DNA of 64,000 bases from Alphaproteobacteria bacterium (GCA_047635695.1 JBLILN010000001.1:140898-204897), one strand, 5' to 3'; positions 16,488 to 25,646 are shown, counted from the stretch's first letter. The notes: generated by a model from the letters alone, not told the origin. A program made the numbers and translations.

Positions 16488-16604
16488 ATGCCTCTAACAG
16501 ATATAAAATGTAAACAAGCCAAGCCTATTGATAAGGCTTATAAGCTAACCGATGGCGGTGGTTTATTCCGCCCTTTTTTTCGATGGTTGCGTGAATCACG
16601 ATAG
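16488..16604 (+). pseudogene. Truncated P4-type integrase fragment
   Basis: MPLTDIKCKQAKPIDKAYKLTDGGGLF aligns with residues 1-27 of the intact integrase (MPLTDIKCKNAKVQSKGYRLPDGGGLF). It then diverges (RPFFRWLRESR) and stops, leaving no catalytic domain. Confidence 0.75.
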
Positions 16605-16612
16605 TAAAAGGC

Positions 16613-17506
16613 TTATCGAGGTTTAACGATAGAGCGTAATGCTTCATCAACTTCAGGGTATTTAAAAATAAAACCTTCTTGTTGGAGTTTTTGAGGTACC
16701 ACACGCTGCCCACTTAAAAGGATTTCACGCCCCATTTCACCAAATAAAAGCTTTACCATAAACGCTGGCATTGGGAATATAGCGGGTCTATGAATGTTTT
16801 CTGCGAGTGATTTTGTAAATTGCTCATTTGTAACAGGCGTCGGTGCTGTTAAGTTATAAGTACCGCAGGCTTGGCTGTTTAAGAAGGATTTAAATGCATT
16901 TATAACATCGTCTCTGTGTATCCATGAGAAGTATTGTTTTCCGCTACCAATAACACCGCCTAAACATAATTTAAATGGTGGCAACATTTTACCTAAGGCA
17001 CCACCTTCTTTTTCTAAAACAACGCCAAGGCGTGCAATACAAACACGGACACCAAGTTCACGTGCCTTTTCCGACTCAGTTTCCCATTCTTTACAAAGGT
17101 TATGTGTAAATCCTTGTTGAGGCTTTGAGTTCTCATGTAATATACGGTTGCCGTCTTTTTGATTGCCGTAATAACCAATAGCAGAGGCGCTTACAAGAAC
17201 ATTAGGTTTATTTTTTAGACGTTTTATTAAGGCAACAATATCTTTTGTAGCATTTATCCGACTAGACAGAATTATTTTTTTATAATCATCACTCCAGCGC
17301 TTAGAAATAGGCGCGCCAGCTAAATTTATAATCGCATCAATTTTCTCTTCGTCTGACAATTTGTTTAAAGAATGAATAACACAAGAACCTTTGGGAACTT
17401 TTGCATTTTTGTGCACCAATACTGTAACTGTATTTCCCTCTGCCAGTAATTCTCTTACCAATGAAAAACCAACAAAACCTGTACCGCCTGTAATTAAGAT
17501 GTGCAT
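16613..17506 (-). CDS. TIGR01777/YfcH-family NAD-dependent epimerase-like protein (SDR39U1-like)
   Basis: MHILITGGTGFVGFSLVRELL is the Rossmann GxxGxxG. The length is about 300 aa, and the C-terminal DUF1731-like QRVVPQKLQQEGFIFKYPEVDEAL is present. Confidence 0.8.
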   Translation of the reverse strand: MHILITGGTGFVGFSLVRELLAEGNTVTVLVHKNAKVPKGSCVIHSLNKLSDEEKIDAIINLAGAPISKRWSDDYKKIILSSRINATKDIVALIKRLKNKPNVLVSASAIGYYGNQKDGNRILHENSKPQQGFTHNLCKEWETESEKARELGVRVCIARLGVVLEKEGGALGKMLPPFKLCLGGVIGSGKQYFSWIHRDDVINAFKSFLNSQACGTYNLTAPTPVTNEQFTKSLAENIHRPAIFPMPAFMVKLLFGEMGREILLSGQRVVPQKLQQEGFIFKYPEVDEALRSIVKPR

Positions 17507-17850
17507 GATAAACCTATTTAATTAATTATAATCAAAATGATATACTAATAGATTATAAAATAACAAGCATACTGTTTATTATGCAGGTGACTTGGTTGTA
17601 TACTAAAAACCTTTAATATAATAAAATACGTATGCATAGTATAGGTGCATATACAAAAAATATGTGCTCGAGTTGAAAAGTCTGCCAGAAAAATATATGC
17701 ATAAATAAACCTTGGGAAGCGCCTGAAGGTGTATTACTATTAGCATGTATCAAGTTTGGAGACGATTACCCAAAGCCTATTTTCGACATAAAAAAGTCAC
17801 GAAAAATAGCTTTAGAACCTTGTTTTTAAAAAAAATAAAAGAGAGATAAT

Positions 17851-18402
17851 ATGAAAAAGAACGCATTATTTTTATTCATGGCACTAACAATTTCTGGCTG
17901 TATAGGCTCTGGGGAAATATCAACGGTACAAAGTAATGGAGAAAACCACTTTCCTACACTTATTGGTATTGACCTTGTGGGTGAAGATAGAGAAATTCCT
18001 CAATCATTTACAGGTGAATATAATATTGTTGCCGTTGCATTTGAACGAGAGCATCAAGAAGCTGTTAATACATGGATAAGTGCCGTTGACTCAATATTAG
18101 AAAATCATAAAAACATCGCCTTTTATGAAGTGCCTCTTATATATGAAATAAACGCCCCATACCGTTTTTGGATAAACAACGGTATGCGTGCAGGTATACC
18201 TGACCTTGAAGCGAGGCTACGTACGATAACGGTTTACACCGATAGGGATAAATTCACTTCAACGATGAATATGAAAACCGACCGTATATACGTGCTACTC
18301 CTAAACAAGAAAGGTGAAATCTTGTGGCAAACACAAGGCCCGCTCACACCTAAAAGTGAAAGCGCCTTGTTAAACAAAATTATGGAAATAAATAAGCTTT
18401 AA
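17851..18402 (+). CDS. Hypothetical lipoprotein
   Basis: MKKNALFLFMALTISGC is a signal peptide plus lipobox. No further motif recognised. Confidence 0.55.
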   Translation: MKKNALFLFMALTISGCIGSGEISTVQSNGENHFPTLIGIDLVGEDREIPQSFTGEYNIVAVAFEREHQEAVNTWISAVDSILENHKNIAFYEVPLIYEINAPYRFWINNGMRAGIPDLEARLRTITVYTDRDKFTSTMNMKTDRIYVLLLNKKGEILWQTQGPLTPKSESALLNKIMEINKL

Positions 18403-18409
18403 ATGTACC

Positions 18410-19144
18410 TTACATTTTGCCTGTTAAGTAAAACTTAAATTTATATGGCATAAGCGCCAACAGCTTTAAAATAAATGTAAACCTCCAAGGGAAGTGTATT
18501 TCAAACCGGCGGCTATTAATCTGCTTAACAATAGCACAGGCCGCTTGTGTTGAGCTTATAACCATAGGCATATCAAAGTCATTCATTTCTGTCATAGGCG
18601 TTTCCACAAAGCCTGGGCTAATAAGTTTGATATCAACATATTTGGGTGATTCTACATATAAGCTTTCAGCAAAATTAATAAGCGCTGCCTTTGTCGCACT
18701 ATAAGGCTGGCCATTTGGTAAGCCGACATAACCTGCAACGCTGCCACACAAAGCAAGCTGACCTTGGCCTTGTTTCTTAAAGATATTCATGGCAGCATTC
18801 GTAACATAAAAAGCGCCTTTTAAATTCACATCAACCATCGTTGATGCAAAGTCCAGATCCATTTCTTCAATAGACGCAGGCTTATATAACGCCGCCATAA
18901 ATATAACGCGGTCCACAGGTTTAGTTAAACCATCAAACATCGCTTTAACTTCGCCTTTATGTGAAACGTCTACAGAGCAAACAGTGTGATGCCCACCGAG
19001 TTCTTCGTTTATTTTATTTAGCACGTCTTCACGCCTTGCACATAAAGTTAGTGTTGCCCCTAATTTAGATAGTTGTATAGCCAGTTCACGCCCAATGCCA
19101 CTGCTGGCGCCAATAATAACAATATGTTCATTTGTAAAGGTCAT
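18410..19144 (-). CDS. Short-chain dehydrogenase/reductase (SDR)
   Basis: Start moved to MTFTNEHIVIIGASSGIGRELA (TGxxxGIG). YSATKAAL is the catalytic YxxxK. The ORF-track start at 19195 would overlap the upstream gene. Confidence 0.85.
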   Translation of the reverse strand: MTFTNEHIVIIGASSGIGRELAIQLSKLGATLTLCARREDVLNKINEELGGHHTVCSVDVSHKGEVKAMFDGLTKPVDRVIFMAALYKPASIEEMDLDFASTMVDVNLKGAFYVTNAAMNIFKKQGQGQLALCGSVAGYVGLPNGQPYSATKAALINFAESLYVESPKYVDIKLISPGFVETPMTEMNDFDMPMVISSTQAACAIVKQINSRRFEIHFPWRFTFILKLLALMPYKFKFYLTGKM

Positions 19145-19145
19145 A

Positions 19146-19673
19146 CTAGTCCTGCTTTTGTAAAAATAGTGTAAGTTCAGCCACTGTAATACCAAACTTC
19201 TTCATGTATGATCTGTTAATAACAACGCCATCATTCATCTGCCACATCCAGTCGTCTAGTTTTAAGCGATATGTTGTGCCGTCGACAGGAATATCCATTG
19301 TGTAAACCCAGCTTACAGCACTGCCTGATTCGGCACCTGTAGCGATACCAACAATATCACCTGCCTTACCCTCATAGCTGCCATCGTCGTTTTTAGTAAT
19401 ATGCCAAATGCGCTTTTGCTTACGGCCGTCATAGTAAACAAAGTCTTCTTCCAAAACACCCTTATTACCTTCCCATGTACCAACCATCTCAACGTCAAAA
19501 CGCGTGACCATTCTGCCGCGCCAATCTTGTACAATGCCCCAAGCTTTTATTTTGCCATCAAAAAATGCCTTAATGTCTGCTTTAGGTAATGTTTCTTTGT
19601 AGTAATTTATATCTTTTGCGCAACCGCTAAACATGATTATAGCTCCTATTAATATTAGATTTTTTATTTTCAT
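19146..19673 (-). CDS. DUF3833 family lipoprotein
   Basis: Lipobox MFSGC. FFDGKIKAWGIVQDWRGRMVTRFDVEMVGTWEGNKGVLEEDFVYYDGRKQKRIWHI fits the DUF3833 pattern as I recall it. Confidence 0.65.
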   Translation of the reverse strand: MKIKNLILIGAIIMFSGCAKDINYYKETLPKADIKAFFDGKIKAWGIVQDWRGRMVTRFDVEMVGTWEGNKGVLEEDFVYYDGRKQKRIWHITKNDDGSYEGKAGDIVGIATGAESGSAVSWVYTMDIPVDGTTYRLKLDDWMWQMNDGVVINRSYMKKFGITVAELTLFLQKQD

Positions 19674-20919
19674 TTAAGTATCTCCAAAGTAAGTAAATTG
19701 ATATTAATTTTATTAAACAAGGTATTGCTGCATAAGCTAAACTTAATGCCTGTAATGATGTTTCATTGTTTTTTAGCCCTGGCGTAAATTCATATTTATC
19801 TAATATAATAAATGATACAGCAACAGCTATAGCTAAAGCAAATTTTGCAATAAAGGCTAATAAACCGAAATAAAATGACACTTGTTTTTCTTTTTTATAA
19901 TACTGGATATGATCTGCTAATATTGAAGGTGGCAGAACCAATTCGGCACCAAATGCCGCACCAGAAGCGATGCAAATTATTAAAAATTGCCAGAAGTCTC
20001 CAGCTTGCAAAAAATAAGCCCAAATAAAACTACAAACGGCCAATATCATTGCACATAACCAGATATAATGCTTGCCGTACTGATCGCTCAAGCTTTTCCA
20101 TGCAGTCATAAAGATGGCGCCCGATAAAAAATAAGAAAGCAAAAATATACCTGTATAAGGCTCAAGGTTAAGCTTGTCCCTTACAAAGAAAATAATAAGC
20201 ACGCCTGGAATAGATGAAGCCAACATACTTACAGCGTAAATGGTAAAGTATTTCTTTACGTTAGTCTCAACTTTCACCCACTGGAAAGAAGTAGACTTAG
20301 GCACATCACGCATCTTATTTAAATACGCATGCTTGCTGTGCCATTTATTAAAAAAATAATAGGTTAACAACATAAGCACAGCCAAAACGCCACTCATATA
20401 ATGAAAGGACAAACCTTTTGACATGTAACTTTGAAGTGCAGTTGGCAAAACAACAGCGACCATGAGCCCTAAAAGGCCTAAAAACTCTCTATAGCTTACA
20501 ATTGTTGTTTTGGTTAATTTGTCTTTACTCCATATACCACCTAAAGAATTTAAGTTAATTGTTAAAATACTAAACGATGTGGTCGTTAACAGTACAAAAA
20601 CACCAAACCATACAAGAGGTGCAGACAATGGAGGGTTAAATAACATTGCAAAACTTATAACTAAGAGCAAAGAAGCTATTAACATAATTTTAGGTCTAAG
20701 ATGAGGGTTTTTATCACTCATATATCCGATAAAAGGGTCTTGGATGGCATCAAAAAAACGCAGGAACATTAACAGTAAGCCAATGGCTGTTAACGATACC
20801 CCATGATCTGTCGCATAGTAGTCAGGTGCATGAATATATATAGGCATACTCGCAAAAGCGAGTGGTATAGCTAAGGCACCATAAGAAAGTAAGTCTTTTA
20901 TGGCTAATTTAATTTTCAT
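19627..20919 (-). CDS. MFS transporter (GPH/MFS_2-like)
   Basis: About 12 predicted TM helices. DAIQDPFIGYMSD is the GPH-type motif after TM2. Confidence 0.8.
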   Translation of the reverse strand: MKIKLAIKDLLSYGALAIPLAFASMPIYIHAPDYYATDHGVSLTAIGLLLMFLRFFDAIQDPFIGYMSDKNPHLRPKIMLIASLLLVISFAMLFNPPLSAPLVWFGVFVLLTTTSFSILTINLNSLGGIWSKDKLTKTTIVSYREFLGLLGLMVAVVLPTALQSYMSKGLSFHYMSGVLAVLMLLTYYFFNKWHSKHAYLNKMRDVPKSTSFQWVKVETNVKKYFTIYAVSMLASSIPGVLIIFFVRDKLNLEPYTGIFLLSYFLSGAIFMTAWKSLSDQYGKHYIWLCAMILAVCSFIWAYFLQAGDFWQFLIICIASGAAFGAELVLPPSILADHIQYYKKEKQVSFYFGLLAFIAKFALAIAVAVSFIILDKYEFTPGLKNNETSLQALSLAYAAIPCLIKLISIYLLWRYLNENKKSNINRSYNHV

Positions 20920-21436
20920 TGTTTAGGCCGAGCAATTGTCGTCTCAGTTTTGGTTCAGATGTTTTTTCATCGAGCCATATACCAAAGAACCATTTACCAA
21001 ATTCTGGATCATTGACAGTGCCTATAAATGCATTGTTTTTGTAAAATTTTGTTGGTTGATTCGGTTTATATAGTCCGCTTAAGATCACACCGTCAGAGAC
21101 ATCAGGGAAAATATTTTTCATAGCAAGATGCCATTTTTCTAAACGGGCAGAGTCTTCAAACCCTAATCCTTTAATCTCATCTATAGATCTACGCGCAATT
21201 TCATGGCCACTAAGTTTCATTTTATAGCTTAAATTCAACGTAAAAGGTTTTTGGAATGTGAAGTTTTCATTTGCATCAAGGCTAATGTCATAAACATGCC
21301 AAAAAAGATAATGTAAACTACCTTCACCTATACGTTTATTAAAGTTGTCAAGTATATTTGCATGTGCACTTAGGCCAATAACCATTGAAAAACAAACAAG
21401 GGCGCACAGGCGCTTAAACATTAAATTAAATATCAT
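20909..21436 (-). CDS. Chalcone isomerase-like family protein (secreted)
   Basis: Signal peptide present. LHYLFWHVYDISL, FTLNLSYKMKLSGHEI, IFPDVSDGVILSG, FFGIWLDEKTSEPKLRRQLLG match the bacterial Chalcone_3-type pattern. Confidence 0.65.
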   Translation of the reverse strand: MIFNLMFKRLCALVCFSMVIGLSAHANILDNFNKRIGEGSLHYLFWHVYDISLDANENFTFQKPFTLNLSYKMKLSGHEIARRSIDEIKGLGFEDSARLEKWHLAMKNIFPDVSDGVILSGLYKPNQPTKFYKNNAFIGTVNDPEFGKWFFGIWLDEKTSEPKLRRQLLGLNNEN

Positions 21437-21924
21437 TTTATAAAACCATTGTTAAAAGAACTGAGTATGCTGCATTTATAGCATTAAAAATTTAAGTATA
21501 AAATATTAATTTCAATTTTGGCTCGTTACAGTTAATGGTGTGCAGGGTTTATGGAAGATATTTATGCTGCATTGTGGGCTTTGGTCCAGAGCTGTATTAT
21601 ATGGTTTATTGACATCCATGTTTTGGGGTTCTTATATTTTGAACGGTTATAATCTCTGTTCATGATCAGCTATTTGTATCGCTAGCACGGCAAAGACTAT
21701 AAATACAGCAGTTGAAATATAAATCTTTATTTTTTAAATAAATAAAAGGGCTGTTTGAGTATGTTTCACTTCATTTATTATATGAAATTCAGTAGGTTGT
21801 TGCTTTGGTGGTACGATTCTTGCTTGACAAACAAAGGTAACTTGTTAGTATGATTGCCTGCGTATGTATACAGGAATAAATACCTGTAAATTATATGATC
21901 GCGACTCATTTAAAGGAGATTGAA

Positions 21925-24336
21925 ATGCCAAACCCAGAAGACAGCCGAAATATTGTACAAGAAGGTGGAAAAACTCATTCATCTCAACAGCAAGCTCAAA
22001 TGACCCTAGAAGAAATAAATGAGCTAGCTAATTCAAACGAATTTTGGAATGTTGAACCGGCGGCAGGTCCTGCTGACGACGCAACGGGCAAATCACATAA
22101 TAAAAATGTGGAATATGCTGAACATGAAGACCTTTTTTCTACAGGGGGCACGCCTGAAGCTGTCGTTTCTAGTGTTCAAAAAAGCTTAAAACGCGAAGAA
22201 GAGTCAGATGAAGAGCCTGAAAGAGAATTACTTCAACAGCCAGTTGCAGAAAAAATTGAACCTGTAGCAATACATCCTATAAAAGAGGAGCCTGTAAAAA
22301 TTGAAGCACATGAGGCGGTGAGAACGGCTGAAATTGAACACACGAAAGCTGAAATAGCGAGATCATTGGTTAAAGAGGCTAGGGCTGAATTGAAAAGTGA
22401 AGCATCTGAAGCGCGAGCTGCAGCAAAGGCTTCAAAAAACGATAGAGATGAGGCAAGAGAAGCTGCAGAAAAACACGACCAAGCTGAATCAGACGCTCAG
22501 GCGGCAATGAAGTTTGCTAAAGCGGCTGCGGCGGAAGCGGCGGAAGCTGTCAAGGTAGCTGAAATTGAAGCTAGTGAAGCGCGTGATGCGCAACACAATG
22601 CTAAGTCTATGTCTGCAAAGGCGAAAGCGGCTGGCAAGCAATTAAGAATTGAAGAAGCGGAAGCGAAAGCGGCTGAACAAGAAGTTAAAGACGGTAAGAT
22701 TGAAGTTAAAGTTGCAGAAAAATCTTCGAAATTAGAGGCTTTTGAGGCAAATGAAGCGAATGATGCGGCAGCGGGTGCGCAAAAATTCTTAACGGCATCT
22801 AATGCGAAAGCACTTGCGGCGTGCGATTTAGCAGAGCTTGCGACTGCAAAAGCAACATTAGCGGCAGCCACCGCAGCTGAGGCGCAATCTATAGCGCTTG
22901 AGTTAAGGGCTATAGCTGATGAATCTTCTACGCCACCAGAGTTTCCCGGTTTCCCTCGTGAATTCCCAGATTTGCCACCAATTCCAGGTGGCACAGACCC
23001 TATAGCTGAAGCTGCGGCTCAAGTTGCTGAGAGAATTGCACATGAAGCATCACGCTTTGCGTCTAAAACAGCGAGAAAAGCGACCGAAGCTGCTAAACAT
23101 GCCGAAGAAACAAAGGCACAGGCTGATCAAGCAAAAACGGCTTCTGAAAAAGCTGATGAACGTGCTTTGTTGGAAACAGCAGAAGGACAAGCGGCAGCAA
23201 GACTTGCGAAGCAGGCAGCTGTTGATTTAGATGAGGATGTTCGTTTAGCTAAAATTGAAGTATCTGAAGCGAAAGAAGCCGCTATATTTGCTAAAGCTGA
23301 ATCTCATGCGGCGAAAGTTGCAGCAAAAGTAGCTGCAAAAGAAAAAGCTGAAGCGCAAAATGCCGACAAGGTAGCAACAAAAGAGACGGCAGAAGCACAT
23401 AAGGCAGAGAAAGTAGCGGCAAGAGAGACGGCAGAAGCGCATAAGGCTGAAAAAATGGCGGCAATGAAAGCGGCTGAAGCTAAGTTATCTGAAGCATTGG
23501 CCAATAAAGAAGCTGACGAAGTAAAAGAAGATAAAGCTGATTTACGTGAAGCGCAAGTTGCTGCACATAAAGCTGTGGCAGAAGCAAAAGAAGCTCAAGA
23601 AAGAGCTGATGAAGCGGAGGCGTTAGAAGCAAGAGAAGCTTCACCGTCAGCCACTATTATAGGTGACGGCTCAACAAACTTCTTATCCGGTGGTGATGAA
23701 GGTGATTATATTTACGGCCGTGGCGCGACAGATATTTTATCTGGCCATGACGGCCATGACCATGTTTATGGTGGAAATGGTAGGGACATCCTATTTGGTA
23801 ATTTAGGCTCTGACATTATTGAAGGCGGTAAAGGTCATGATGTTCTTGTTGGTGGCGCTGGTGATGATATTCTTTATGGTAACAATGGTGATGACATTCT
23901 TGTCGGTGATCAAGGTGCTGATATTTTAAGAGGCGGTAATGGCAAAGACACACTTCATGTTGATGCAGATGACCTGATTGTGGATGGCGGCAAAGGTATT
24001 GATACTGTTGTGATCGGCGTACAAGAAACGATCTATATTGCAGAAGGTGCTTTTACAAATATTGAACGTATAAACATGGATAATTATTCAGAAGAATCTG
24101 TTTATCTTGATATTAATGACGTTGTTAAATTAAGCAATAACGATGAAATATTTATTGATGGTAATGAAGGCGACAATGTTTATGTTGACGATATTAATAC
24201 GGCGACAAGAAGTGCTGACGTTCATGTGAACAATAACACATATGCACATTATTCAACGGGCTTTAACGACTTGTTTGTCGAGCTTGGTCTTGAATTAAAT
24301 AATGCGACTGTCAATGCTTTAAGTGCCGATCGATAA
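21925..24336 (+). CDS. Large Ala/Glu/Lys-rich coiled-coil protein with C-terminal RTX (hemolysin-type Ca-binding) repeats; probable T1SS substrate
   Basis: Start moved to ATG 21925 (AGGAG at 21914-21918). About 550 aa are of AEAxKA-type low complexity. Nonapeptide repeats follow: GGDEGDYIYG, GHDGHDHVYGGNGRDILFGNLGSDIIEGGKGHDVLVGGAGDDILYGNNGDDILVGDQGADILRGGNGKDTL. Confidence 0.85.
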   Translation: MPNPEDSRNIVQEGGKTHSSQQQAQMTLEEINELANSNEFWNVEPAAGPADDATGKSHNKNVEYAEHEDLFSTGGTPEAVVSSVQKSLKREEESDEEPERELLQQPVAEKIEPVAIHPIKEEPVKIEAHEAVRTAEIEHTKAEIARSLVKEARAELKSEASEARAAAKASKNDRDEAREAAEKHDQAESDAQAAMKFAKAAAAEAAEAVKVAEIEASEARDAQHNAKSMSAKAKAAGKQLRIEEAEAKAAEQEVKDGKIEVKVAEKSSKLEAFEANEANDAAAGAQKFLTASNAKALAACDLAELATAKATLAAATAAEAQSIALELRAIADESSTPPEFPGFPREFPDLPPIPGGTDPIAEAAAQVAERIAHEASRFASKTARKATEAAKHAEETKAQADQAKTASEKADERALLETAEGQAAARLAKQAAVDLDEDVRLAKIEVSEAKEAAIFAKAESHAAKVAAKVAAKEKAEAQNADKVATKETAEAHKAEKVAARETAEAHKAEKMAAMKAAEAKLSEALANKEADEVKEDKADLREAQVAAHKAVAEAKEAQERADEAEALEAREASPSATIIGDGSTNFLSGGDEGDYIYGRGATDILSGHDGHDHVYGGNGRDILFGNLGSDIIEGGKGHDVLVGGAGDDILYGNNGDDILVGDQGADILRGGNGKDTLHVDADDLIVDGGKGIDTVVIGVQETIYIAEGAFTNIERINMDNYSEESVYLDINDVVKLSNNDEIFIDGNEGDNVYVDDINTATRSADVHVNNNTYAHYSTGFNDLFVELGLELNNATVNALSADR
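23383..23466 (+). repeat. Tandem 42-nt (14-aa) repeat inside the RTX-protein gene
   Basis: 23383-23424 and 23425-23466 are identical at 35/42 positions by hand alignment (ETAEAHKAEKVAAR / ETAEAHKAEKMAAM). More degenerate copies precede them. Confidence 0.8.
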
Positions 24337-24368
24337 GTTATAATTCTTTCAGAAAGACGATGATAAAA

Positions 24369-24392
24369 AGCACTCTGCGGGGTGCTTTTTTA
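24369..24392 (+). terminator. Rho-independent terminator of the RTX-protein gene
   Basis: AGCACTC-tgcg-GGGTGCT followed by TTTTTT. Confidence 0.7.
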
Positions 24393-24480
24393 TGTCGGTA
24401 ACAGGGGTAGTTTATATGTTGAAAACAAAATATATATCCCTTACAATACCCCCACAAATAACGTTTAAGGTCATGATAAA

Positions 24481-25035
24481 ATGAAATGGAAAAATAGTAA
24501 CAATACATGGGGCGCTATCGCCATGTTTTTTCATTGGTTAACAGCTTTGGCTATTATTAGTTTGTTTGCTCTTGGTTTTTGGATGGTTGACTTAACATAT
24601 TACAGTGAATGGTATAAAACCGCACCTTTTATTCATAAGAGCATTGGTATTTTGTTGCTGATATTGACATTGTTAAGAGTACTTTGGCGCTTGAAAGAAA
24701 AAGTACCTCAACCGCTTGAAGGTCAAACTTTGATAGAGCGCAAAACAGCGCATATTGTTCATGTATTACTTTATATTTTAATATTTGCAGTTATTCTGAG
24801 TGGTTATTTAATGTCGACAGCGGCTGGACGTGCTATAAATGTTTTTAATGTATTTGAAGTAAGTGCCTTACCGTGGATTTTTACAGAGCAGGGTGCTATT
24901 GCAGGCTTCTTACATGAATATCTGGCTTATGCTATTATAGCTCTCGCTTCACTACATGCATTGGCGGCGCTAAAACATCATTTCGTTGATAAAGACAATA
25001 CGCTTAACCGCATGATCGGCCGTATTAAAAAATAA
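24481..25035 (+). CDS. Cytochrome b561 family protein (CybB-like)
   Basis: Four TM helices with conserved His positions (FFHWLTA, HKSIG, HIVHVLLY, HEYLAYAI..LHALAALKHH). Confidence 0.85.
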   Translation: MKWKNSNNTWGAIAMFFHWLTALAIISLFALGFWMVDLTYYSEWYKTAPFIHKSIGILLLILTLLRVLWRLKEKVPQPLEGQTLIERKTAHIVHVLLYILIFAVILSGYLMSTAAGRAINVFNVFEVSALPWIFTEQGAIAGFLHEYLAYAIIALASLHALAALKHHFVDKDNTLNRMIGRIKK

Positions 25036-25064
25036 TTTTAAATGACAATATAGAGGATGACTTT

Positions 25065-25646
25065 ATGACTAAAACGATTAAAATTTCACTCATGGCACTT
25101 GCACTTATGGTTTCAAATGCCGTTTATGCTGATGAATATAAAATTGATGATAAAGGGGCTCACGCATCGATTGAATTTAGGATTAAACACCTTGGTTACA
25201 GTTGGTTAACAGGGCGTTTTAATACCTTTGACGGTAATTTTACCTATAGCAAAAAAGACATGAAAACACTGGTAGCGTCTGTGAATATTGACCCTGCAAG
25301 TGTTGACAGTAACCATGCGGAACGTGATAAGCATTTACGCGGCGAAGACTTTTTAGATGTAAAAGCCTTCCCTAAATCGTCTTTTGTCAGCACGTCTTAT
25401 CATGAAATTGATGAAAACACAGGTGTGCTTTCTGGCGACTTAACTTTACATGGCGTGACGAAGTCTATTGACTTAAATGTACAACGTGTGGGTGAGGGGA
25501 ATGACCCTTGGGGTGGTTACCGTGCTGGTTTTACAGGGTCTACGAAATTTAAATTGAAAGATTTTAACATCGTGCGTGACTTAGGCCCAGCTTCAACAGA
25601 AGTTGAAATGACACTCAATGTTGAAGGTATCTATGAAGGAAATTAA
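25065..25646 (+). CDS. YceI family periplasmic polyisoprenoid-binding protein
   Basis: Signal peptide present. HASIEFRIKHLGYSWLTGRFNTFDG, SVDSNHAERDKHLRGEDFLD and LTLHGVTK are YceI hallmarks. Pairing with cytochrome b561 is the usual arrangement. Confidence 0.88.
   Translation: MTKTIKISLMALALMVSNAVYADEYKIDDKGAHASIEFRIKHLGYSWLTGRFNTFDGNFTYSKKDMKTLVASVNIDPASVDSNHAERDKHLRGEDFLDVKAFPKSSFVSTSYHEIDENTGVLSGDLTLHGVTKSIDLNVQRVGEGNDPWGGYRAGFTGSTKFKLKDFNIVRDLGPASTEVEMTLNVEGIYEGN

Larger units (their letters stand above)
15871..16604. mobile_element. Remnant of a second, related tRNA-Gln island (tandem accretion followed by deletion)
   Basis: It has the same order as the intact island: att copy, arm-like motifs, small cargo ORF, integrase start. 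The motifs are TGGGGGTAC at 15924-15932 and ATGTACCCCCAAA at 15943-15955. The integrase is truncated after about 27 homologous codons. Confidence 0.55.

Noticed and set aside
17507-17850. AT-rich 340-bp gap with several TATGCATA-like palindromes between the YfcH-like and lipoprotein genes
   Set aside because: The palindromes are short and expected by chance in such AT-rich DNA. There is no phased arrangement or conserved partner motif.
22497-23504. Several antisense or alternative-frame ORFs inside the RTX-protein gene (22497-22994, 23245-23442, 23304-23504, 23024-23230)
   Set aside because: They are Ala/Ser- or Cys/Phe-rich mirror images of the GCN/GAA-rich sense frame. The sense frame has an RBS, a coherent domain structure and a terminator. 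These are low-complexity artefacts.
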